Assembly: GCA_021780735.1 (NCBI GenBank) | Contig: JAJXYE010000240.1 | Coordinates: forward strand, 1 to 58,219 | Length of the DNA stretch: 58,219 bases | Reading direction: 5' to 3' | Source: Pseudomonadota bacterium | Lineage (GTDB): Bacteria; Pseudomonadota; Gammaproteobacteria; Xanthomonadales; Rhodanobacteraceae | Shown: one piece after another, positions 1-7,935 of the stretch | Numbering within the stretch: the stretch's first letter is position 1 | Layout of the letters: each line of letters begins with the position of its first letter | Translations under genes and position numbers: made by a program | The notes under the pieces: generated by a model | What the model saw: only the letters and a program-made list of their open reading frames with translations | Database searches by the model: none | What the model was told of the DNA's origin: nothing

Positions 1-281
1 CAACTCAGGGTGGTTGTGGCGGGGATGTTCAGCAGGTGGGCGATGGCGCCTGCTGCACGATCGGCATCGACGCTGAAAACGTCGCGGTCGCCATCGCGGA
101 CGATCGCCATGCGCGCCGCGGGCCGGTGCCGCGACATCGCGTACTGCTTCCAGCCCGCAGGCAAGGCGCTGCCCGGTGCCGTGTCGGAAAAGCGCAGCAC
201 CGTGGTCGTGCCGATGGCACTGGCCAGGGCGGCCGAAGGAACCAGCAGCAGCAAGATCAGGGCTTTCATCGACATGCTCAT
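1..281 (-). CDS. Secreted protein, probably DUF3047 family (partial, runs off window start)
   Basis: Not in the ORF track. ATG at 281 overlaps the upstream stop (ATGA). Translates MSMSMKALILLLLVPSAALASAIG...PAGWKQYAM...TTLS with a signal peptide. The family call rests on recalled resemblance and typical neighbourhood. Confidence 0.6.
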   Translation of the reverse strand, partial: MSMSMKALILLLLVPSAALASAIGTTTVLRFSDTAPGSALPAGWKQYAMSRHRPAARMAIVRDGDRDVFSVDADRAAGAIAHLLNIPATTTLS

Positions 282-2419
282 CCACGCCGCCAGCTGTGAT
301 AGCGCGCCAGCCAGCCCAGCACGCGTTGTGGCGCATGCGCCTTCTTCCAGTTGCCGGCAGCGTACTTGTTCGCCTCGGCCCAGGTCGGATAGGCGTGGAT
401 CGTGCCGAGGATCTTGTTCAGACCCAGGCCATGGCGCATCGCCAGCACGAACTCCGCCAGCATTTCGCCGGCGTGCGCACCGACGATGGTGGCACCGAGG
501 ATACGATCCCTGCCCGGCACGGTCAGCACCTGCACGAAACCTCGCGCCCGATCCTCGGTGATGGCGCGATCCAGATCGTCCAGCTCGTAGCGGGTCAGTT
601 CGTACTCGACCTCCTGTTCCCTCGCCTCGCGCTCGTTCAGACCGACGCGTGCGACCTCGGGATCGACGAAGGTGACGGCGGGAATCACCGAATAATCCAC
701 GCGGAAGCGCCTGAACTGGCCGAACAGCGCGTTGACCGACGCATACCAGGCCTGATGCGCGGCAGTGTGGGTGAACTGGTACGGGCCGGCGACATCGCCG
801 CAGGCATGGATATTCGGGTACAGCGTGGCCAGGTACGCGTCGGTATTCACCGTGCGCTCGACCGGGATGCCCAGCTCCTCCAGGCCGAAGCCGGTCGTGC
901 GCGGCTTGCGCCCGACCGCTACCAGCAACTGGTCAAAGGGCAGACGCACGTGCTCGCTGCCAACCTCGCAGATCAGGACATGGCCGTCGCCATCGCGCTC
1001 GACCGCCACCGCCCTGTGTCCGGTGCGCACGTCCACGCCATCATCGGCCAGGCGCCGCTGCACGAAGGCCGAGACCTCATCGTCCTCGCGCAGCAGCAAC
1101 CGATCCATCGCCTCGACCTGGGTCACGTGCGAACCCAGCCGCGCGAATGCCTGCGCCAGCTCGCAACCGATCGGACCGCCGCCCATCACCAGTAGCCGCG
1201 GCGGCAATTCGCGCAGCTTCCACAGGGTGTCCGAGGTGAGGTAAGCGCAGCCTTCGATACCGCTGATCGGCGGCACGAACGGCTCGGCACCGGAGGCGAT
1301 CACGATCGCCCGCGTGCTGATCGGCTTGCCGTCCACCTCCACGACCCAGGGCGAGACGATACGCGCATGGCCGTGCTGCACGTCGACGCCCAGCTCGCGA
1401 TAACGCTCGACCGAATCATGCGGCGCTACCGTGTCGACCGCCTGCTGCACGCGCTCCATCACCGCACGGAAATCCACCTGCACGGAACCCACCCGCACGC
1501 CGGCCCGGCCTGCCTCGCGCGCCTGCGCCGCCAGCTTCGCTGCGTGGATCAGCGCCTTGGACGGCACGCAACCGGTATTGAGGCAGTCGCCGCCCATCGC
1601 GTGCTTCTCGATCAGGGTAACTTTCGCCCGCACCGTGGCAGCAATGTAGGCACTGACCAGCCCGGCCGAACCCGCACCGATCACCACCAGGTTGCGATCG
1701 AATTTCGCCGGCTTCGGCCAGCGCACATACACGCGCCGCGCCTTCACCCGAGCCGTGATCCAGCGCGCCAGCAATGGAAACACCCCCAGCAGGGCAAACG
1801 AACCAACGATCCGCGGCGACAGGATGCCTGACAATGAGTGCAGGCTCGCCAGCTGGGTGCCGGCGTTCACGTACAACACGGTGGCAGCCAGCATGCCGAG
1901 CTGGCTGACCCAGTAAAACGTCCATGCGCGCAATGTCGTCAGCCCCATCACCAGGTTGACCGCGAAGAACGGAATCACCGGTACCAGCCGCAGCGTGAAC
2001 AGATAGAACGCACCCTCGCGATGCATGCCCTCGTTGATGGTCGACAGGCGCTTGCCGAAACGCTGCTGGACGGCGTCGCGCAACACGAAGCGGCTGGCCA
2101 GGAACGCCAGTGTCGCGCCCACGCTCGAGGCAAAGGACACCAGCAGGGTCCCTTCAAGCAGGCCGAACACCGCGCCCGTCGCCAGGGTGAGCAAGGTCGC
2201 CGCCGGCAGCGACAGCGCCGTGACAGCCACATAGACGAGGAAGACTCCCGCCGCCAGCCAGATCGGGTGACTCAGCCGAAACGCCTGCAGATCGTGCTCA
2301 CGCGCCTTCAGGGCATCCAGGCTGAGCTGGTGTTGCAGGCCCAGCGCGAAGAAGGCCACGATCCCGCCGAGCAGCACGATGACCACCAGCCAGCGGAACG
2401 GCGTGAGTTTTCTCTTCAT
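278..2419 (-). CDS. VTT/TVP38 (DedA-like) membrane domain fused to a pyridine nucleotide-disulfide oxidoreductase
   Basis: N-terminal TM region with LRLVPVIPFFAVN, then GAGSAG, redox GGDCLNTGCVPSK, GGGPIGCE and HAYPTWAE. Start reassigned to MKRKLT (2419). Confidence 0.9.
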   Translation of the reverse strand: MKRKLTPFRWLVVIVLLGGIVAFFALGLQHQLSLDALKAREHDLQAFRLSHPIWLAAGVFLVYVAVTALSLPAATLLTLATGAVFGLLEGTLLVSFASSVGATLAFLASRFVLRDAVQQRFGKRLSTINEGMHREGAFYLFTLRLVPVIPFFAVNLVMGLTTLRAWTFYWVSQLGMLAATVLYVNAGTQLASLHSLSGILSPRIVGSFALLGVFPLLARWITARVKARRVYVRWPKPAKFDRNLVVIGAGSAGLVSAYIAATVRAKVTLIEKHAMGGDCLNTGCVPSKALIHAAKLAAQAREAGRAGVRVGSVQVDFRAVMERVQQAVDTVAPHDSVERYRELGVDVQHGHARIVSPWVVEVDGKPISTRAIVIASGAEPFVPPISGIEGCAYLTSDTLWKLRELPPRLLVMGGGPIGCELAQAFARLGSHVTQVEAMDRLLLREDDEVSAFVQRRLADDGVDVRTGHRAVAVERDGDGHVLICEVGSEHVRLPFDQLLVAVGRKPRTTGFGLEELGIPVERTVNTDAYLATLYPNIHACGDVAGPYQFTHTAAHQAWYASVNALFGQFRRFRVDYSVIPAVTFVDPEVARVGLNEREAREQEVEYELTRYELDDLDRAITEDRARGFVQVLTVPGRDRILGATIVGAHAGEMLAEFVLAMRHGLGLNKILGTIHAYPTWAEANKYAAGNWKKAHAPQRVLGWLARYHSWRRG

Positions 2420-3087
2420 GGTACGGGCAAGCCTGGAAAGTCGTTGGCAACCAGCATACTGAGCCCATGCGGCCATGAAGGCTCCGCATGCGCACTCGCG
2501 GATCCTGTCAATGCAATGGCATGAGGCACCTGCGGCCGAGCCCATGCCATCGTTTTCGCTGCAGCGAGGCGGTCGGTTACGCGCAAGCCTGACTTGTATT
2601 GCCCGACCCTGCATGGCCGCAAGCGTTGGCCGGGCACGGCGCGGACACGCTGCCGACATCAGGATGCCTGTGCGATGGGGCGCATGTCCGGGCGACAGGC
2701 GGCCAGCAATGGCTCCGCCGCCGCCCTGTCTCCCTGACGCACGTCCAGAGCACTGGAACATGCACAGTTGGCAAGCAAGGCGGCATGAATGTGCTGACTC
2801 CGTTGTTCGTCTCCAACCCCGGCCTGATCTCGCGGCAAGGCAAACCCGCGCAGACCGGACCAGAGCGAGACGGCGCGAAATGACGGCGCCACAGACGCGC
2901 GAACCAGCTCAACGCTATCCGCAATTTTCATGGTGGGAGTACCCGCCGCTCACCCTGATCGATACCGGTCTGACCAACACCATTTCGGATGGATTGCACC
3001 AAACCCCCGAAATTTCGCTACATTGTGCGGGCCGCAAGGCCTCCGAGCCCTGAAAAGCCGGAGTTTCCCACTATCGAGATGAAATCC

Positions 3088-3495
3088 ATGGCTACCAAAA
3101 CCACTGCCAAGAAAGCTCCTGCGAAGAAAGCTCCTGCGAAGAAGGCTCCTGCCCAGGCAGCCAAGGCCGCTGCACCGGTCAAGCCGCTGAACGAGACCTT
3201 GTCGAAGTCCGGGCTGATCGCGCACATCGCCGCTCAGACCAGCGTCGAAGCGAAGGCGGTCAAGGCCGTACTCGCCGGTCTCGAGGCAGCGGTGCTTGCT
3301 TCGGTGCACAAGAAAGGCGTCGGCCAGTTCACCCTGCCCGGCCTGTTCAAGATCAACGCGGTCAAGGTGGCTGCCAAGCCGAAGCGCAAGGGCAAGAACC
3401 CGTTCACCGGTCTCGAGCAGGTGTTTGCTGCCAAGCCGGCCACGGTCAAGGTCAAGGTGCGTCCGCTGAAGAAGCTGAAAGACGCCGCTGTCTGA
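3088..3495 (+). CDS. HU-family DNA-binding protein with Lys/Ala/Pro-rich N-terminal tail
   Basis: LSKSGLIAHIA helix, RKGKNPFTG arm, (KKAPA)x3 N-terminus. Confidence 0.85.
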   Translation: MATKTTAKKAPAKKAPAKKAPAQAAKAAAPVKPLNETLSKSGLIAHIAAQTSVEAKAVKAVLAGLEAAVLASVHKKGVGQFTLPGLFKINAVKVAAKPKRKGKNPFTGLEQVFAAKPATVKVKVRPLKKLKDAAV

Positions 3496-3500
3496 TACGG

Positions 3501-3550
3501 CACCATGACGCCGGCCAGGTGTGTTCCCCGCGCCGGCGTCATGGTGGTTT
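3501..3550 (+). terminator. Probable intrinsic terminator after the HU gene
   Basis: Perfect 15-bp stem CACCATGACGCCGGC/GCCGGCGTCATGGTG followed by GTTT. Confidence 0.65.
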
Positions 3551-3719
3551 CAGTCATTGCATCGACACACGTGCGCGCAACGCCGCCCATCAGGCTCGAC
3601 GTTGTGGCGACGCGCGTGGCTCCCGCCACGCGACCGGTTCATGCCAGCCTCGCCTCGCTTGATGCCGGCCCGGCCGGCACCGGAGTCGATCCCTGCGGCG
3701 CCGATACCTTGAGCGTGCT

Positions 3720-4030
3720 TGCGCTCAGCCAGTACATCGACGACCAGCACGTCAGCCAACGCGACTTGCAGCGCGCCGACCAATGGCACCCGCCACTTCT
3801 CGTCCTGGCGCTTGCCGCCCGTGGCATGGGCGAAGATGCCCACCAGCGGACGTGGGCCGGACAGCGGATACGATGCATCGATGATCGCCTCCAGGGCGCG
3901 TTTCGACGACTGCTTCTCGCCTGCGGACAAACGCAAATTCAGTGAAAGGCACGGCTGATCGATCTGGCCGGCGCGGGCAGTGCGCTGCGGCAGCGCGCTG
4001 TGCCGGACCAGGATCGCCGCATGGTCGCTT
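3720..4030 (-). pseudogene. Possible remnant of a glycosyltransferase family 9 gene
   Basis: Minus-frame segment LSLNLRLSAGE...RPLVGIFAHATGGKRQDEKW...VLVVDVLAE resembles the GT9 C-terminal domain (from memory). No credible start or full-length frame. Confidence 0.35.
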
Positions 4031-4099
4031 TTGCCGGATGGACGCTCATCGCAGGGTTCACTAGTATCGAACCACAAGTTCTTACGCAAGGTGACTACC

Positions 4100-5752
4100 G
4101 TGAAGCGATTGCTCCTGTCCGCCCTGATCATGTCTGCGTGCTGCGGCGCGCTGGCCAACGAGACACCCAAGTTCAGCACCGAACGCCTGTCCGCTGAAGT
4201 GAAGACGCTTTCCTCTGACGCATTCGAAGGTCGCGGCCCGGCGACCCCGGGCGAAAGGAAAACGATCGACTACGTGGTCGCGCAAATGAAAGCCGCCGGC
4301 CTGCAGCCCGGTGGCGATCTCAAGCACGGCAAGCGGACCTGGACCCAGGCCGTGCCGCTGCTGCGCACTGAAATCATCGACATGCCGAAGCTGGGCCTGA
4401 ACCTGGGCAACCGACACGAGGCGTTGACCCAGGGCGAGCAGATTGCCGTGCGCTCTCCGATGGACGGCTCGACCTCGGTGGCGATCGCCGATGCGCCGCT
4501 GGTCTTTGTCGGCTACGGCGTCAAGGCACCAGAGCGCCACTGGGATGATTTCAAGGGCATCGACCTGCACGGCAAGATCGCCGTGGCGCTGGTCAACGAC
4601 CCGGATTTCGAGACCGGCAAGGGCGACTTCGGTGGCAAGGCGATGACGTACTACGGTCGCTGGACCTACAAATACGAGGAGGCCGCCCGCCGGGGTGCGC
4701 TTGGCCTGCTGGTGATCCATGAAACCGCGCCGGCATCGTACGGCTGGGCCACGGTGAAGAACTCCAACATCAACACCATGTTCGACATCGTCCGCGCTGA
4801 CCCCTCGTCGGTGCATCCGCAACTGGAGGGCTGGATCCAGCACGACCTGGCGGTGCAGATGTTCAAGCATGCCGGCCTGGATTTCGACAAGCTGAAGCAG
4901 CAGGCACAAACCCGCGCGTTCCGACCGGTGCTGCTCAAGGGCGAAAGCCTGTCGGCCAGCTTCAAGGTCGACAAGAGCGTGATCACCTCGCACAACATCG
5001 TCGGCCGCGTGATCGGCAGCAAGCACCCGGATCAGACCGTCATCTACAGCGCGCACTGGGATCACCTGGGCGTCGGCCAGCCCGATGCACGCGGCGATCG
5101 CATCTACAACGGTGCCGTGGACAATGCCACCGGAACGGCGGCACTGATCGAGCTCGGCCGCGCCTTCGCGCACGCGCCAAGGCCGCAGCGCTCGGTGGTG
5201 TTTCTCAACGTCACCGCCGAGGAAAAGGGCCTGCTCGGTTCGGAGTACTACGCCGCCAATCCGCTGTATCCGCTGGCCACCACCGCTGGCGTGCTCAACA
5301 TGGACGCGCTTGATCCGCACGGGCCGGCGCGCAACTTCACCATCTCCGGCAACGCGAAGCTCGGCCTGCTGGATGACCTGATCGCCGACGCGAAACCGTA
5401 CGGAATGGTCTATACGGCGGATCCGAAACCGGAGGCCGGCCACTTCTTCCGCTCCGATCATTTCTCGTTCGCCAAGCGTGGCGTGCCGGCGATCTCGTTT
5501 GGCTCCGGCAATGACTGGGTCGATGGCGGCATCAAGGCGGGCAAGGCGGCGGAAGACGAATACGTGGCCAGGCACTATCACCAGCCGTCGGACGAATGGC
5601 AGGCCAGCTGGTCGTTCACCGGCATGGCGCGCGACCTGCAGTTGCTCTACACGGCAGGCAGCCAACTGGCGAATTCGGATCAGTGGCCGGACTGGAGCAA
5701 GGATTCCGAGTTCCGCGCGGCCCGCGACGCCAGCGCGGCCGAGCGCAAGTAA
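4100..5752 (+). CDS. Secreted M28 family metallopeptidase with PA domain
   Basis: Signal peptide from GTG 4100. Motifs SAHWDHLG, GAVDNATG, TAEEKGLLGS, NMD, RSDHFSF, YHQPSD. Confidence 0.92.
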   Translation: MKRLLLSALIMSACCGALANETPKFSTERLSAEVKTLSSDAFEGRGPATPGERKTIDYVVAQMKAAGLQPGGDLKHGKRTWTQAVPLLRTEIIDMPKLGLNLGNRHEALTQGEQIAVRSPMDGSTSVAIADAPLVFVGYGVKAPERHWDDFKGIDLHGKIAVALVNDPDFETGKGDFGGKAMTYYGRWTYKYEEAARRGALGLLVIHETAPASYGWATVKNSNINTMFDIVRADPSSVHPQLEGWIQHDLAVQMFKHAGLDFDKLKQQAQTRAFRPVLLKGESLSASFKVDKSVITSHNIVGRVIGSKHPDQTVIYSAHWDHLGVGQPDARGDRIYNGAVDNATGTAALIELGRAFAHAPRPQRSVVFLNVTAEEKGLLGSEYYAANPLYPLATTAGVLNMDALDPHGPARNFTISGNAKLGLLDDLIADAKPYGMVYTADPKPEAGHFFRSDHFSFAKRGVPAISFGSGNDWVDGGIKAGKAAEDEYVARHYHQPSDEWQASWSFTGMARDLQLLYTAGSQLANSDQWPDWSKDSEFRAARDASAAERK

Positions 5753-5786
5753 CCCCCGCACCAGACGCGGCCATCGCCGCGCAGAC

Positions 5787-5823
5787 AAAACGCCGCGTCG
5801 GCATACCGGCGCGGCGTCTTTTC
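5787..5823. terminator. Bidirectional terminator between convergent genes
   Basis: AAAA-CGCCGCGTCGG...CCGGCGCGGCG-TCTTTT hairpin. Confidence 0.6.
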
Positions 5824-5859
5824 TGGCAGGGACAGGGGCGTGAAATCGGCTGGCCGGGT

Positions 5860-7482
5860 TCAGCCGAGCCGCGCGAACCACACACCGTAACCAGGCAACT
5901 GCAAGCGGCCTTCAAGCAGCCGTGCCTGCGGCAGGCCATGCCCCTCGACCGCTGTTGCCGTGCCCAGCGCCTGCGGCAGCACGATGTCGATATCGGCGGC
6001 GGCAAGATTGAACACCACCAGCAAGGCCTCGTCACCGAGCCGGCGGGTAAAGGCGAGCACCGGCTCCGCCGTGTCGAGGAATTCCACATCGCCCCAGCGA
6101 AGTGCCGACTGCGACTTGCGCCAGTGCATGAAGGTGCGAAAACCGTTCAGCACCGACTGCGGGTCGAGCTCCTGCTGCTTCACCGCGCGTACCCGATGCT
6201 CCTCCGGCACAGGCAACCAGGGCATGCCGTCGCTGAAGCCGGCCTGCGCATCCTGGTCGCTCCACGGCATCGGCGTGCGGCAACCATCGCGCCCCTTGAA
6301 CTGTGGCCAGAAGGCAATGCCGTAGGGGTCGCGCAACGATTCGTAGGGAACGTCCGCCTCGGTCAGGCCGAGCTCCTCGCCCTGGTAGACACAGACCGAA
6401 CCACGCAACGAACAGACCATCGCGGTGAGCAGGTTGGCCCTTTGCGCCGAGGCGTCGCCATTGCCCCAGCGGGTAAGCACGCGCTCGACGTCGTGATTGG
6501 AGATCGCCCAGCACGGCCAGCCCTCGGTCATCTGCGACTCGAGTCGCGTCACGGTGCCGCGAATGTGCTCGACACTGAACTCATCGGTCAGCAGCTCGAA
6601 GCTGTAGCCCATGTGCAGGCGACCATCGCGGGTGTATTCGGCCATCGTGGCCAGTGAATCCTCCGAGGATATTTCGCCCAGCGCGGCGATATCCGGATAG
6701 CGGTCCATCAGCGCACGCAACTCGCCGAGAAAGGCCAGGTTCTCCGGCTGGGTGTTGTTGTAATGGTGGTACTGGAACGCATACGGATTGTCGGGACTGA
6801 AGCCTCGGCCAACCCGCATTTCACGTGGCTTTGCCGGGTTGTCGCGCAGCTGGCGATCATGGAAGCAGAAGTTGATCGCGTCCAGGCGCACGCCATCCAC
6901 GCCCTTGTCCAGCCAGAAGCGAATGTTGTCCAGCGCAGCCAGGCGCACCTCCGGATGATGGAAATTCAGATCCGGCTGCGAAGTCAGGAAATTGTGCAGG
7001 TAGTACTGCCCGCGTCGCGGCTCCCACTGCCAGGCGCAGCCACCGAACAATGACAACCAGTTGTTCGGCGGTGTGCCATCCGGCCGCGCGTCCGCCCAGA
7101 CGTACCAGTCGGCGCGTGGATTGTCGCGGCTCTGCCGGCTCTCCTGGAACCACGCATGCTCCATCGAGGTGTGGCTGAGCACCTGGTCGATCATCACCTT
7201 CAGGCCCAGACCATGCGCCTTGGCCAGCAAGTGGTCGAAGTCCTGCAGCGTGCCGAACAACGGATCGACGTCACGGTAATCGGCGATGTCGTAACCGAAG
7301 TCGGCCATCGGCGACTTGAAGAACGGAGCGATCCAGATCGCGTCGACGCCGAGGCTCGCGACATAGTCCAGTCGCTCCACGATGCCCGGCAGATCTCCCA
7401 CACCATCACCATCGGTGTCGAGGAAACTGCGCGGGTAAATCTGATAGATGACGGCACCGCGCCACCAATGTGAGTCGCTCAT
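5860..7482 (-). CDS. Cytoplasmic alpha-glucosidase, GH13
   Basis: YQIYPRSFLD, DFGYD, DQVLSH, QPDLN, GVRLDAIN, GEI, ISNHD, GRDGCRTPM. No signal peptide. Confidence 0.93.
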   Translation of the reverse strand: MSDSHWWRGAVIYQIYPRSFLDTDGDGVGDLPGIVERLDYVASLGVDAIWIAPFFKSPMADFGYDIADYRDVDPLFGTLQDFDHLLAKAHGLGLKVMIDQVLSHTSMEHAWFQESRQSRDNPRADWYVWADARPDGTPPNNWLSLFGGCAWQWEPRRGQYYLHNFLTSQPDLNFHHPEVRLAALDNIRFWLDKGVDGVRLDAINFCFHDRQLRDNPAKPREMRVGRGFSPDNPYAFQYHHYNNTQPENLAFLGELRALMDRYPDIAALGEISSEDSLATMAEYTRDGRLHMGYSFELLTDEFSVEHIRGTVTRLESQMTEGWPCWAISNHDVERVLTRWGNGDASAQRANLLTAMVCSLRGSVCVYQGEELGLTEADVPYESLRDPYGIAFWPQFKGRDGCRTPMPWSDQDAQAGFSDGMPWLPVPEEHRVRAVKQQELDPQSVLNGFRTFMHWRKSQSALRWGDVEFLDTAEPVLAFTRRLGDEALLVVFNLAAADIDIVLPQALGTATAVEGHGLPQARLLEGRLQLPGYGVWFARLG

Positions 7483-7575
7483 CCCTAGAAACCCCTGACC
7501 TGATACGCCCTTCGAATCACGAAACTGGCGAAGGGGGCCAGCTTATCCGCAGGTTCCTGCTGGCTAGCAGGGGTT

Positions 7576-7589
7576 TGCATACGTATTCA
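7576..7589. promoter_or_regulatory. LacI-type operator A, copy 1 (reverse orientation)
   Basis: TGCATACGTATTCA is the reverse complement of TGAATACGTATGCA. Lies upstream of the alpha-glucosidase. Confidence 0.8.
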
Positions 7590-7767
7590 TGTGTGCTGCA
7601 TACGCACATTTTGACCTCATGACAGCGCGATCCTCGATTTTTCGCTGACCTTCCGATGAGGAGTAACAGCAAAGTAGCGGCAAGGGGTAGTGCCGAAAAT
7701 CATGGTCTCGAAGCACCGCCATGGCGCGGGATGTTGCAACGCAAGGACTGCCAGATCGTGCCAACCA

Positions 7768-7781
7768 TGAATACGTATGCA
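7768..7781. promoter_or_regulatory. LacI-type operator A, copy 2
   Basis: TGAATACGTATGCA upstream of TonB-dependent receptor 1. Confidence 0.8.
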
Positions 7782-7935
7782 GGTATGCGTGCCACGTTGA
7801 AACGCGGCTTTAACATCGCCCCACGTCGCTGGCCTGCACCTCTGCCAGCGCATCCTGCCGACGGTCGTCGCCGACGAAAGCGCAGGAAACCCAGAGCTCA
7901 AGCACTACGGCGACTATTCGTGGGGAGACGAGAAC

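Noticed and set aside
278-2419. Mercuric reductase (merA) call
   Set aside because: No C-terminal Cys-Cys pair, no metal-binding N-domain and no mer genes nearby.
2420-3087. Short ORFs in the long intergenic region, including one with SGCLCDG reminiscent of GFA proteins
   Set aside because: No further conserved Cys pattern and no convincing RBS or codon bias.
3521-3538. GTGTTCCCCGCGCCGGCG matches 17/18 of the 5' part of the E. coli type I-E CRISPR repeat
   Set aside because: Single partial copy lacking the 3' half, with no spacers or cas genes. It lies within the HU terminator hairpin.
3505-3945. 146-aa plus-strand ORF
   Set aside because: It starts inside a terminator stem and has no recognisable motif. 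The opposite strand explains the region at least as well.
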